Below, piece after piece: positions 1 to 9,713 of a DNA stretch of 48,344 nucleotides. Every line of letters begins with the position of its first letter. The stretch's first letter is position 1. The stretch comes from an uncultured Prevotella sp. (lineage in GTDB: Bacteria > Bacteroidota > Bacteroidia > Bacteroidales > Bacteroidaceae): NCBI GenBank assembly GCA_905372445.1, contig CAJPPF010000001.1:1-48344 (forward strand). Direction: 5' to 3'. The position numbers were made by a program, and so were the translations under genes. The notes beneath the pieces are model-generated. The model was given only the letters and a program-made list of their open reading frames with translations. It was not told the origin of the DNA and did no database searches.

Positions 1-9
1 ATTATTGGT

Positions 10-56
10 TTGCCGCCAACGGCAAACACAACAGGCATACGTTCTGACTACGTGTT
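10..56. repeat. 47-bp direct repeat, copy 1, overlapping the palindrome GTTTGCCG-CCAA-CGGCAAAC (8..27)
   Basis: TTGCCGCCAACGGCAAACACAACAGGCATACGTTCTGACTACGTGTT is identical at 10..56 and 1330..1376. Confidence 0.95.
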
Positions 57-155
57 GATATTCTTCCCACAGAAATAAAATAAAACAAATAATATAAGGA
101 AACTATAGAAAATTTTAATAACTTTGCCAAAACATCAATAGAAAACTATGGGGAA

Positions 156-1157
156 ATGGTAGAATCACTGAATCTGAACAATCAAATTGTCATCTATCAG
201 AGTGAAGATGGCAGAATCCAACTTGATGTAAAGCTGGAAGGAGAAACCGTGTGGCTTAATCGTCAACAGATGGCAGAACTCTTCGGCAGAGACGTGAAAA
301 CTATTGGCAAACACATTAACAATGCATTGAAAGAAGAATTGAACGATGGAATTTCAACTGTCGCAAATTTTGCGACAGTTCAAAAAGAAGGATCAAGACT
401 CGTAAGCCGCGATATAGAATACTATAATCTCGATATAATTATATCCGTTGGCTACCGCGTAAAGAGCAGGCGAGGTGTAGAGTTTAGACGATGGGCAAAC
501 AGCATTTTGAAACAGTATCTTATCAAAGGCTATGCCGTGAACGAGCGTATCCGCCAGCTACAGATAGCCGAACTGCGTCAGTTGGTTCAGGTGGTGGGCA
601 GGACCATAGTACAGCAAACTGTTCCCACAACCGACGAGAACCATGCTCTATTTGATGTGGTTTTGGATTACACATACGCTCTTGACACTCTTGACGACTA
701 CGACTACCAACGATTGAACATCAATAAGACCACCAAAGAGGAACTCTTCCATGCCACTTACAAGAACGCCATGTACGAGATAGATATGCTCCGTGAAAAG
801 TTTGGTGGCTCTACACTCTTTGGCAACGAGAAGGACGACTCCTTCAAGAGCAGCATCGGACAAATATATCAGACCTTCGATGGTGTGGAACTCTATCCCA
901 GCGTGGAGGAGAAAGCCGCCATGCTTCTTTATCTTGTCACCAAAAACCATTCGTTCAGTGATGGAAACAAACGTATCGCTGCCACACTCTTCCTTTGGTT
1001 TATGAACAATAATGGCATCCTCTATCGTAAGGACGGCTCAAAGCGTATCGCCGACAATACCCTCGTGGCGCTTACCTTGATGATTGCCGAAAGCCGGACA
1101 GAGGAAAAAGATATAATGGTGAAAGTTGTTGTGAACTTAATCAATAAAAGTAACTAA
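156..1157 (+). CDS. RhuM-like virulence protein / Fic-DOC family fusion
   Basis: N-terminal RhuM-like segment (ETVWLNRQQMAELF...YYNLDIIISVGYRVKS) and C-terminal Doc-type Fic motif HSFSDGNKR. Confidence 0.9.
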   Translation: MVESLNLNNQIVIYQSEDGRIQLDVKLEGETVWLNRQQMAELFGRDVKTIGKHINNALKEELNDGISTVANFATVQKEGSRLVSRDIEYYNLDIIISVGYRVKSRRGVEFRRWANSILKQYLIKGYAVNERIRQLQIAELRQLVQVVGRTIVQQTVPTTDENHALFDVVLDYTYALDTLDDYDYQRLNINKTTKEELFHATYKNAMYEIDMLREKFGGSTLFGNEKDDSFKSSIGQIYQTFDGVELYPSVEEKAAMLLYLVTKNHSFSDGNKRIAATLFLWFMNNNGILYRKDGSKRIADNTLVALTLMIAESRTEEKDIMVKVVVNLINKSN

Positions 1158-1310
1158 CCTTCATTCCGCAACACTTTCATTTAAACATTTTAATAAACAC
1201 CTGAGCAACAAAAAGTTGTTTAGGATCTTGTTATGTCGGAAAATTCACTTAACTTAGTGTTACAAAATAAAACAACTTTAACAACTGACATGGCAAATAT
1301 ACAAATAAAA
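1158..1310 (+). mobile_element. Left-end remnant of an IS1380-family-like element with the first codons of a transposase (MANIQIK)
   Basis: Begins CCTTCATTCCGCAAC directly after the upstream stop, continues CTGAGCAACAAAAAGTTG...AACTTAGTG...GACATGGCAAATATACAAATAAAA. Resembles remembered Bacteroidales IS1380 left ends (transposase MAKIQIKSEK...); similarity breaks after ~1310. Confidence 0.65.
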
Positions 1311-1329
1311 GAACAAGGTAAACAAGATG

Positions 1330-1376
1330 TTGCCGCCAACGGCAAACACAACAGGCATACGTTCTGACTACGTGTT
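1330..1376. repeat. 47-bp direct repeat, copy 2
   Basis: Identical to 10..56. Confidence 0.95.
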
Positions 1377-1462
1377 TACGTAAAAGAAATAAAAAAGCTA
1401 TATTTCCTTGGTAGAGTGAAAATATATTCTTATTTTTGCATCTGATACATCAACTACCGAAG

Positions 1463-2461
1463 ATGAGAAAACAGCTGAACAACGCGTTCAAGATTGCATT
1501 ATCCGTTTTCCTTGGCGGAGCAATACTCTATTGGATGTACCGCGATTTCGATTTCGGTGCGGTGCAGGATGTGATATTATATAAAATGAACTGGTGGTGG
1601 ATGTTGCTGTCGTTTCCTTTCGGCATTATGGCGCAGACATTCCGTGGCTGGCGCTGGAAACAAAGCCTCGAACCTCTTGGAGAGAAGCCTCGCACAACAA
1701 CAAGTATCAATGCCATTTTCCTCTCTTATGCCGTCAGTCTTGTCATTCCTCGCATTGGAGAATTTGCGCGCTGCGGAGTGCTGACGCAAAAAGACGGCGT
1801 ATCATTTCCGAAAGCATTAGGCACGGTAGTGACGGAACGCGCTATCGACTCGCTACTGGTAATGCTGATAACTGCCACGGTGATGATTATACAGATGCCA
1901 CTCTTCGATAGATTCTTCCTTCACACAGGAACAGATTTCGGTGCAACATTCCGCAGATTCTCATGGCAAGGGTATTTCGTGACAGCCATCTGCGCCGTTG
2001 CCGTCGTGATATTACTTTACCTCCTGTTGCGCCGGCTGTCGATATACGACAAGGTAAAGACCACGCTGAAGGGAATAGCCGAAGGAGTGATGTCACTGAA
2101 AAACGTGAAGAACGTACCGTTGTTTCTTTTCTTCACCGTCGGTATATGGGTGAATTACTTCCTGCACTATTACCTCACCTTCTTCTGCTTTGAGGCAACT
2201 GCCAACCTTGGATTAATGTGCGCGCTGGTGACATTCATCGTCGGCAGTATCGCCGTGATAGTACCAACACCCAACGGTGCCGGACCCTGGCACTTCGCAG
2301 TAAAGACAATGCTTATTCTATATGGCGTGGCTGACGATGCCGCACTGTATTTCGTACTGATTGTACACACCGTGCAGACGCTGCTCGTCGTCGCACTCGG
2401 CATATACGCATGGATGAGACTATCACTGTTAAAAAAGAACTATAACAACATCAACTTATAA
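1463..2461 (+). CDS. Lysylphosphatidylglycerol synthase TM domain / flippase-like membrane protein (UPF0104)
   Basis: Multi-TM protein with RGWRW, IPRIGEFARC, GTVVTER, VPTPNGAGPWH motifs; ATG 1463 preferred over TTG 1436. Confidence 0.8.
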   Translation: MRKQLNNAFKIALSVFLGGAILYWMYRDFDFGAVQDVILYKMNWWWMLLSFPFGIMAQTFRGWRWKQSLEPLGEKPRTTTSINAIFLSYAVSLVIPRIGEFARCGVLTQKDGVSFPKALGTVVTERAIDSLLVMLITATVMIIQMPLFDRFFLHTGTDFGATFRRFSWQGYFVTAICAVAVVILLYLLLRRLSIYDKVKTTLKGIAEGVMSLKNVKNVPLFLFFTVGIWVNYFLHYYLTFFCFEATANLGLMCALVTFIVGSIAVIVPTPNGAGPWHFAVKTMLILYGVADDAALYFVLIVHTVQTLLVVALGIYAWMRLSLLKKNYNNINL

Positions 2462-2471
2462 TTTTAAAGCT

Positions 2472-3929
2472 ATGAGTGAAATTAAAAATTTAAAACCTGA
2501 GTGCATCTGGAGGAACTTCTACGCACTCACACAAGTACCTCGTCCTTCAGGACATCTTGAGAAAATTCAGAAATTCCTGCTCGATTGGGCAAAGAACACC
2601 GGTATAGAGGCTTTTCTCGATAATGCCGGCAATGTGATAATGCGCAAGCCTGCAACTCCGGGAATGGAGAATCGTAAAGGCGTGATAATGCAGGCTCACA
2701 TGGATATGGTGCCTCAGAAAGCTCTCACATCAAACCATAATTTCGAGACAGACCCTATAGAGACACATATAGAAGGCGACTGGGTGTATGCCAACAACAC
2801 CACTCTTGGCTCTGACGACGGTATGGGCGTAGCAGCGATAATGGCTGTCATGGAGTCAACAGACATAAAGCACGGACCATTGGAGGCACTCATCACCGCC
2901 GACGAAGAGACGTCAATGATAGGCGCAAACGCCCTTGAGCCCGGTATGCTCAATGGCGATATACTCCTGAATATAGACACCGAGAAAGAAGGTGAGATGA
3001 TAATCGGTTCAGCAGGAGGTATAGACGTAACCGCATCAATGGAATACAAAGAGACAGAAACCGACCCCGAGGATGTTGCTATCAAGCTGACTGTAAAGGG
3101 ACTAAAGGGCGGACATTCCGGTATAGAGATTGGTCTTGGTCATGCAAATGCCAACAAGCTGTTGGTCCGCGTGGTACAGGATATGATTTGTTCTGACGAG
3201 GCCCGCCTCTGCTCTTGGCACTGCGGAAATATGCGCAACGCCATCCCATTCGAGGGAAGCGTAGTGCTGACACTACCTGCAGAGAACGTAGAGTCAGTAA
3301 AGGCTGCAGCAAAAGACTGGGAGGAGACCTTCAATCATGAGTTTGCAGGCATCGAGAACCATATCAGCGTTATCGTTGAAGACGTGGAAGCACCCAAGAA
3401 GCAGGTTCCGGAAGAGATTCAGGACAACCTCGTTGATGCCATCTACAGCTGCCACAACGGTGTGATGCGTTACATCCCGACTATCCCATCGATTGTAGAG
3501 ACATCAAGCAACCTCGCTATTATTGACATCGAAGACGGTAAGGCAAAGGTAAAGATTCTCGCACGCTCATCTTCTGAAAGTCAGAAAGAATTTATCGCAA
3601 CAACGCTCGAGAGCGCATTCTCCATGGCAGGCATGAACGTTGAAATGGGTGGCAGCTACATGGGCTGGGATCCAAATCCAAACTCTGAGATGATAAAAAT
3701 CATGGAGAACGTCTACCTGCGCGAGTTCGGCAACAAGCCAGTAGTAAGCGTTGTCCACGCAGGACTGGAGTGTTCTATCATTCTCAGCAAATATCCTGGA
3801 CTTGACGTTGTCAGCTTCGGTCCAACACTCGAGAGCCCACACACAGCAAAGGAGCGCTGCCAGATAAGCACAATGCCAAAATTCTGGACTCTGCTGGTAA
3901 AGACACTCGAGGAAATTCCTGCAAAATAA
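2472..3929 (+). CDS. pepD: Aminoacyl-histidine dipeptidase (M20C)
   Basis: QAHMDMV, TTLGSDDG, GLKGGHSG, HAGLEC motifs; 485 aa. Confidence 0.93.
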   Translation: MSEIKNLKPECIWRNFYALTQVPRPSGHLEKIQKFLLDWAKNTGIEAFLDNAGNVIMRKPATPGMENRKGVIMQAHMDMVPQKALTSNHNFETDPIETHIEGDWVYANNTTLGSDDGMGVAAIMAVMESTDIKHGPLEALITADEETSMIGANALEPGMLNGDILLNIDTEKEGEMIIGSAGGIDVTASMEYKETETDPEDVAIKLTVKGLKGGHSGIEIGLGHANANKLLVRVVQDMICSDEARLCSWHCGNMRNAIPFEGSVVLTLPAENVESVKAAAKDWEETFNHEFAGIENHISVIVEDVEAPKKQVPEEIQDNLVDAIYSCHNGVMRYIPTIPSIVETSSNLAIIDIEDGKAKVKILARSSSESQKEFIATTLESAFSMAGMNVEMGGSYMGWDPNPNSEMIKIMENVYLREFGNKPVVSVVHAGLECSIILSKYPGLDVVSFGPTLESPHTAKERCQISTMPKFWTLLVKTLEEIPAK

Positions 3930-4104
3930 TCGCAGTCATTTCTTAATGTCAGGCTGACAATGACAATCCTGGCAATGAAAAAATACACCTATTATATATA
4001 TGGGACAGTCAGCAGTGGCTGTCTCATATTCGTTCTTTTTATCAGAAAAAACGGAAAAAGGAGAAAAAGACAATACATTTGTCTTGCATATAGATTTTTT
4101 TTCG

Positions 4105-4112
4105 TAATTTTG
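4105..4112 (+). promoter_or_regulatory. Bacteroidetes sigma-A -7 box (TAnnTTTG), putative corA-family gene promoter
   Basis: TAATTTTG with TTTG at ~4078; ~315 bp upstream of the ATG. Confidence 0.5.
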
Positions 4113-4426
4113 CAGACGCATATTATTTCTAATATGGGCTATTATTGACCGCTACGGTTATGTTGCTGTTTGCAGGCATATAGACTGATGTTTCATCAAA
4201 GGCGCAGCAAGCTATATTGACAGTAAACATCAGAAAAGACATCAGCAAACGTGCAACAACCGAAAGGAAGAAAAGATAAAAACAAAAAGAGACGCCCTTA
4301 CATCCGAACAATCGGCATAGGCATAATATAAATTACAAATGGACGATTACCACGCGAATAGTTTTAATTCATAGGCGTGAGGCTGCTATGCCTCTCGTCT
4401 GATTATTTACAGAGGTTTAGCAGACA

Positions 4427-5353
4427 ATGAAGACATTTTGGAGCACTACCGGTTGCCTGAAGCAGATCCCTGAGTGGCAACCAAACTGCTGGATACAGGT
4501 CACCTGTCCGACAGACGAAGATATCGAAGAACTCGAGAGAACATACGAAATACCAGATTATTTCATATCGGATATCTCCGATACCGATGAGCGTGCCCGT
4601 TACGAATACGACGACGGATGGATGCTGATAATCCTGCGAATACCTTATGTCAAGGAAGTTCGTTCGCGCACACCGTATACCACCGTGCCACTCGGTATCA
4701 TTCATAAGCGCGACGTCACCATAACAGTATGTTTCTACGAGACAAACATGATGATTGACTTTGTCAGTTTTCAGCAGAAACGTGCCACAGGCTTCACCGA
4801 CTACGTTGATATGATATTCCGACTGTTCCTGTCATCTTCCGTATGGTATCTGAAGCGACTGAAGCAAATCAGCGCACTCGTGGAGAAAGCAAAACTCAAC
4901 CTCGACCATAACGTGAACAACGAAAGTCTTATCGGTCTTTCACGCCTGCAGGACTCGCTTACATATTTCCAGACATCAATCCGTGGCAACGAGAACCTCC
5001 TCGCAAAACTGAAGTTCAAGCTACAGGTCGATGAGCTGGACGCCGACCTCATTGAGGACGTAAACATCGAGATGAGTCAGGCAAGAGAGACGACAAACAT
5101 CTATTCTCACATTCTCGAGAGCACGATGGACACATACCAGAGTATCATAAATAACAACATGAATACCGTAATGCGTACACTCACATCCGTAACAATCATG
5201 TTGATGGTGCCGACACTTATCACCTCTGCCTTCGGTATGAACCTTATCAACGGCATGGAAAATTCCACTATAGGATTCATTACCGCAATAGCAGTTTCTA
5301 TCGTGGTGACACTCGTGTCGTGGTTTATACTCAGAAAGAAGCACTTACTGTAA
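4427..5353 (+). CDS. CorA-family Mg2+/Co2+ transporter
   Basis: C-terminal GMN motif (FGMN) between two TM helices; SIINNNMNTVMRTLT. Confidence 0.9.
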   Translation: MKTFWSTTGCLKQIPEWQPNCWIQVTCPTDEDIEELERTYEIPDYFISDISDTDERARYEYDDGWMLIILRIPYVKEVRSRTPYTTVPLGIIHKRDVTITVCFYETNMMIDFVSFQQKRATGFTDYVDMIFRLFLSSSVWYLKRLKQISALVEKAKLNLDHNVNNESLIGLSRLQDSLTYFQTSIRGNENLLAKLKFKLQVDELDADLIEDVNIEMSQARETTNIYSHILESTMDTYQSIINNNMNTVMRTLTSVTIMLMVPTLITSAFGMNLINGMENSTIGFITAIAVSIVVTLVSWFILRKKHLL

Positions 5354-5379
5354 TCACACACTTTTATGATAAGCCCAGA

Positions 5380-5407
5380 AGCACCTTGACGACATATCAG
5401 GGTGCTC
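5380..5407 (+). terminator. Hairpin after CorA-family gene
   Basis: AGCACCTTGA-CGACATA-TCAGGGTGCT stem-loop; weak U-tract. Confidence 0.45.
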
Positions 5408-5545
5408 TAATCGTCGTGTATACAAGTGTTTTTCAGGTACACAAATAAAAAATCAGCACAAACATTAGGTAGTTTGATTTTTTTTCTTTAAGTTTGCAGA
5501 ACTAATTGTTATAATTCATCGATTCATTAACTAAAAAATTTGTAA

Positions 5546-7348
5546 ATGATGGACTCTCAAGAGAATGTCCTTTCTCAGGACAATTTGGAAGAAGCACAGT
5601 CAAACGAACAGACTGTAGTAGAAAACAGTGAAACTCCTGCCAAACGCATCTATACCACAAAGGAAGAAATAGTGGAAAGAGCCAAGGAAATAGAAGCAAG
5701 CGACGATGTTGTCAGCCGCGACGAACTCGATTTGCTGAAAAACGTTTTCTATAAACTGCTGTTCGCCGAGCGTGAAGAGAAACAAAAAGAATACACTGAA
5801 GCTGGAGGAGACCCAGCCTCTTTCGTGCTCGAAGCTGATCCCATGGAAGAAACGTTTAAGGCTACAATGGCTTTAATACGCGAAAAAAGATCAGCAGCCT
5901 TCCAAAAACAGGAAAACGAAAAACAGGATAACCTGAAAAGGAAACTTGAGATAATAGAGAAAGTAAAAGAAATGGCTACCTCTCCTGATGAAGCCAACAA
6001 GTCGTATAAGGAGTTTAAAGCACTTCAGGAAGAATGGAAGACTATAGGTGCCGTGCCCGCGGAGAAGTCCACAGAGACATGGCGTAGTTATCAGCACATC
6101 GTAGAACAGTATTACGACCTGCTGAAACTGAATATCGAAGCACGTGAATATGACTTCAAGAAAAACCTCGATCTGAAGACAAAACTATGCGAGGCTGCAG
6201 AGCGTCTGGCAGGTGAGAAGGATGTCGTCAGCGCATTCCACCAATTGCAGGAACTCCATAACGAATACCGCGAGATAGGACCGGTGGCAAAGGAACTCCG
6301 CGAGGAGATATGGGCACGCTTCAAAGCAGCGTCAACCATTATCAACAAAGCTCATCAGAAACACTTCGAGGAATTACGCGCCGGCGAAGAGGAGAACCTG
6401 AAAAAAAAGACAGAATTCTGCGAACAGGCAGAGGCTATATGCGAAGCACCTAATGAGAAGAACTCTGATTGGGAAGAGCACTCAAAGCAAATCATCGCCC
6501 TTCAGGCTGAGTGGAAGACGATTGGTTTCGCTCCACAGAAGATGAACGTGAAGATATTCGAACGATTCCGCGCCGCATGCGATAAGTTCTTCACTGCAAA
6601 GGCTGAGCACTACAAGCAGATGAAAGAAGCTTTCAACGAAAACATTGCAAAAAAGCAGACTATCATCGAGAAGGCTAAAGAACTGGCACAGAGCACAGAA
6701 TGGCGTTCTACCGGTGATAAATTGATAGCGCTCCAGAAGGAATGGAAGACTATCGGTGCCACGCCAAAGAAAATCGGTGACCAGCTTTGGGCAGAGTTCC
6801 GTGCAGAATGCGATAAGTTCTTCGACGCCCGCAACGCAGCAAACTCCGGCACACGCAATGCCGAGAAGGAGAATCTTGAGACAAAACGCGGTCTTATAGA
6901 GAAAATAAAAGCCCTCGCAGAGGAAGCAACAGAAGGTCTTCAGGAAAAGATTCAGGCACTTCAGGAGGAGTACAACAATGTAGGACATGTGCCATTCAGG
7001 GACAAAGATAAGCTTTATCAGGAATATCGTTCAGCACTCGACCTTGTCTATGGCAAAGTACGAGCAGCAGGACGCAGCCGTCGCCTCGAAGGATTCAAGG
7101 CAGCAATCAGCCGTCGCGGAGATGAGTCTGCTGACAACGAGCGTTCTCGCCTGCTCCGTACTTACGACATCCTGAAGCAGGAGATAATCACATACGAGAA
7201 CAATCTCGGTTTCCTCTCAGCAGCAAGCAAGCAGGGCAATGCCCTCGTTGACGAGATATCACGTAAGATAGAAAAGCTTAAGGACGAGCTTCAGTTCACA
7301 CGAGATAAGATAAAAGCTATTGACGAAAATAACAAAGAGCATGAATAG
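5546..7348 (+). CDS. DUF349 domain-containing coiled-coil protein
   Basis: Repeated LQ.EWK.IG..P...W..F...C..FF units typical of DUF349; 600 aa. Confidence 0.85.
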   Translation: MMDSQENVLSQDNLEEAQSNEQTVVENSETPAKRIYTTKEEIVERAKEIEASDDVVSRDELDLLKNVFYKLLFAEREEKQKEYTEAGGDPASFVLEADPMEETFKATMALIREKRSAAFQKQENEKQDNLKRKLEIIEKVKEMATSPDEANKSYKEFKALQEEWKTIGAVPAEKSTETWRSYQHIVEQYYDLLKLNIEAREYDFKKNLDLKTKLCEAAERLAGEKDVVSAFHQLQELHNEYREIGPVAKELREEIWARFKAASTIINKAHQKHFEELRAGEEENLKKKTEFCEQAEAICEAPNEKNSDWEEHSKQIIALQAEWKTIGFAPQKMNVKIFERFRAACDKFFTAKAEHYKQMKEAFNENIAKKQTIIEKAKELAQSTEWRSTGDKLIALQKEWKTIGATPKKIGDQLWAEFRAECDKFFDARNAANSGTRNAEKENLETKRGLIEKIKALAEEATEGLQEKIQALQEEYNNVGHVPFRDKDKLYQEYRSALDLVYGKVRAAGRSRRLEGFKAAISRRGDESADNERSRLLRTYDILKQEIITYENNLGFLSAASKQGNALVDEISRKIEKLKDELQFTRDKIKAIDENNKEHE

Positions 7349-7383
7349 CGCTTTACTATCATAATAAGATAGCAAAACATATA

Positions 7384-7416
7384 AGGAGTCCGCACTACTT
7401 CGAACTCCTTTTTTTT
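7384..7416 (+). terminator. Intrinsic terminator
   Basis: AAGGAGT...ACTCCTT stem followed by a T-run. Confidence 0.7.
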
Positions 7417-7488
7417 GTATGTTTTTCCCGAGAAAAAAATTGCGTATCTTCGAAAGATTATATACTTTTACAGACAAAATAAAACAGT

Positions 7489-8685
7489 ATGGAAATTATG
7501 AAAAAACGTTTTAGAATAATTTCAACTCTCATCCTGATGTCAATCGCATGTCAGTCATACGCACAGTATTTTTACATGATGATCATACCTTATACACCTC
7601 CGCGCAATATGCTCTATGACTCAAAACCCCTTGGCTTAAACTATATTCCATGGAGCAAGTACGGCCTCAACACCAGCCTGCTGCACGGAATAAGGCAAAA
7701 CTCCGATACGCAAGACCTTTACATTAGTTATTATTCCCGTCCGGAACTCACAGAGAAGAAGATAGGAAATACCAAATACCGTTATTATACAAACGCATCT
7801 TATATCTATGCGCTTGACAGTTGGATAAACAAAGAATCGAATACTCCCAACATAAAGGAAATCTGTCAGATAAATTTCGACCTTCGGGAGATGTGCTCAC
7901 GCAAGGCTCTTATCGACTACAACACAAACGGCAATATGAACATTGAGGACAACTATGCTACCTACGATAACGAATTCACAAGACTTTCAAATGAATTTGA
8001 GGAGGCAATAAGCATTGACAATGACACCGACAAACTGAATGCGGTCAGCGATAGCATAAAGAAGAAGATCGACTCTCTGACGTTTGACCCGGAGGCTGCT
8101 GTTGCGAATCTCGAAGATAACAGCGGATGGACTTGGGGATTCGGCATAGAATCGCACATGCCATTCTCAGAATATGTAAGCATGGGCTACGGATTTGGAT
8201 TCAACGGAGGATACATACAAAAGAGAAATCTGTTAGGCTTTGATATAAATATTGAGTTCTTTGAAAAATGCCAAGAAAACATAGTTACATCCAAAGGAAC
8301 AATCTACGAGGGTGAGAACATGATGTCGGGAGCTATGTGCCTATTCTATGGCTACAGAGCGACAAACAACAAATCGGTAAATCTCACACCATTCGTCAAT
8401 ACCGGCGCTCGTTTCTACATCGGAGGTAGACCGAATTATTCGCAATACTGGAACGACACAAACGAGAAATCCGGCTTTACGCTTGGTGCAGGTGTGATGA
8501 TTGATGTTCCTCTCAGCAGAAAAATTGATATAAGGATTTATGATAAAGACGAAATAAGTCGTTCAACAGGATCCTTCCGTATCAAACCTTATTTCTCAAT
8601 GACCAACTTCAGTGGTGATATGGGATGGACGCCCTCATTTAATATCGCTATCGAATATTCTTTCACTTCATTAAAGTTGAAATAG
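7489..8685 (+). CDS. Hypothetical secreted protein, likely C-terminal outer-membrane beta-barrel
   Basis: Signal peptide (..ACQSYA-Q); C-terminal half has alternating aromatic/Gly strands. Confidence 0.55.
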   Translation: MEIMKKRFRIISTLILMSIACQSYAQYFYMMIIPYTPPRNMLYDSKPLGLNYIPWSKYGLNTSLLHGIRQNSDTQDLYISYYSRPELTEKKIGNTKYRYYTNASYIYALDSWINKESNTPNIKEICQINFDLREMCSRKALIDYNTNGNMNIEDNYATYDNEFTRLSNEFEEAISIDNDTDKLNAVSDSIKKKIDSLTFDPEAAVANLEDNSGWTWGFGIESHMPFSEYVSMGYGFGFNGGYIQKRNLLGFDINIEFFEKCQENIVTSKGTIYEGENMMSGAMCLFYGYRATNNKSVNLTPFVNTGARFYIGGRPNYSQYWNDTNEKSGFTLGAGVMIDVPLSRKIDIRIYDKDEISRSTGSFRIKPYFSMTNFSGDMGWTPSFNIAIEYSFTSLKLK

Positions 8686-8744
8686 CACAAAGTCTGCATT
8701 ACCTCAAGTATTTACTTTATATTCACAGAATCTGAAGCATTAAA

Positions 8745-8937
8745 CCCAAATCGGTCAATAGACCGCAGTGCCTTTTTATTTTAAACGAACAAAAGCTTTC
8801 CTACTGCTTTCGTCAGCTTGTGTGGCATCTTAGCAGTCTTATTTCCTTGCCGTAGCCCACTACGCCTACGGTAACAAGACTGCTAATCTGCTCAACAATC
8901 AAACGAAATCACTTAGTAATCTATTGACCGATTCGGG
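8745..8937 (+). mobile_element. MITE family A, complete 193-bp copy
   Basis: TIRs CCCAAATCGGTCAATAGA / TCTATTGACCGATTCGGG; TTAAA direct repeat on both sides. Confidence 0.9.
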
Positions 8938-8966
8938 TTAAACAACAAAGACATACATACACACAA

Positions 8967-8990
8967 AAAGCAAGGCTATGACCTTGCTTT
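8967..8990 (-). terminator. Terminator downstream of tRNA-Gln
   Basis: AAAGCAAGG-CTATGA-CCTTGCTTT hairpin with A-run on +. Confidence 0.65.
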
Positions 8991-8996
8991 GTTATG

Positions 8997-9067
8997 TTGG
9001 GATACCCGGACTCGAACCAGGAAAGGCAGGACCAGAATCTGCAGTGTTACCATTACACCATATCCCA
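8997..9067 (-). tRNA. tRNA-Gln (CTG)
   Basis: TGGGATATGGTGTAATGGTAACACTGCAGATTCTGGTCCTGCCTTTCCTGGTTCGAGTCCGGGTATCCCAA cloverleaf; anticodon CTG; TACCTTTG box upstream (~9120..9127, -). Confidence 0.97.
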
Positions 9068-9282
9068 ATATTTTATCAGGAGCACCACCCCCGAAAGCAC
9101 CTCTTGCGATTTGCAACTGCAAAGGTACAGTGTTTTTTTTTATCTTGCAACAAAACACGGAACTTTTTTCTGAAAAAAAGTCAAAAAACTTCCTTTTAAG
9201 GCATTTATTACCTGTATCAGTGGTTTGTTTGAAGTTTTTATGCTAACTTTGCATGGTAACAATTCAAACAAACAGTTATCGA

Positions 9283-9642
9283 ATGAACGAAACACAAGCA
9301 TTAGTAGATACCATTATCCTTGGTATACAAGAAAAGAAAGGTCATGGCATTACGGTTGTGGATTTATCCGAAATCGATGGTGCCATCACCAAATTCTTTA
9401 TAATCTGCGAAGGAAATAGTCCTTCGCAAGTCGAGGCTATCGCCGGCGAGGTGTCCGACAAGTGTCGCGAGAAACTCCGCGAAAAGCCGACAGCCTGCGT
9501 TGGTCTTGAGCAATCTATATGGGTAGCAATGGACTATGTTGATGTCATGGTACACATCTTTGTGCCCGAGACACGCGAGTTCTACGACCTTGAACACCTC
9601 TGGGAGGATGCAAAAATCACATATATCGAGGATATCGACTAA
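9283..9642 (+). CDS. rsfS: Ribosome silencing factor
   Basis: QEKKG, FIICEGNS, WVAMDYVDVMVHIF, REFYDLEHLW motifs; ATG 9283 chosen because the TAACTTTG -7 box lies at 9244..9251. Confidence 0.93.
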   Translation: MNETQALVDTIILGIQEKKGHGITVVDLSEIDGAITKFFIICEGNSPSQVEAIAGEVSDKCREKLREKPTACVGLEQSIWVAMDYVDVMVHIFVPETREFYDLEHLWEDAKITYIEDID

Positions 9643-9713
9643 GCTTTAAGCTAAAGTGAGCGATATTCACATAATATAATACATTAACGATAAGTCTTAA
9701 GAAACAAATATTT

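Noticed and set aside
8976..9246. Small ORFs overlapping tRNA-Gln (and 36016..36274 over tRNA-Leu)
   Set aside because: Explained by the tRNA genes.
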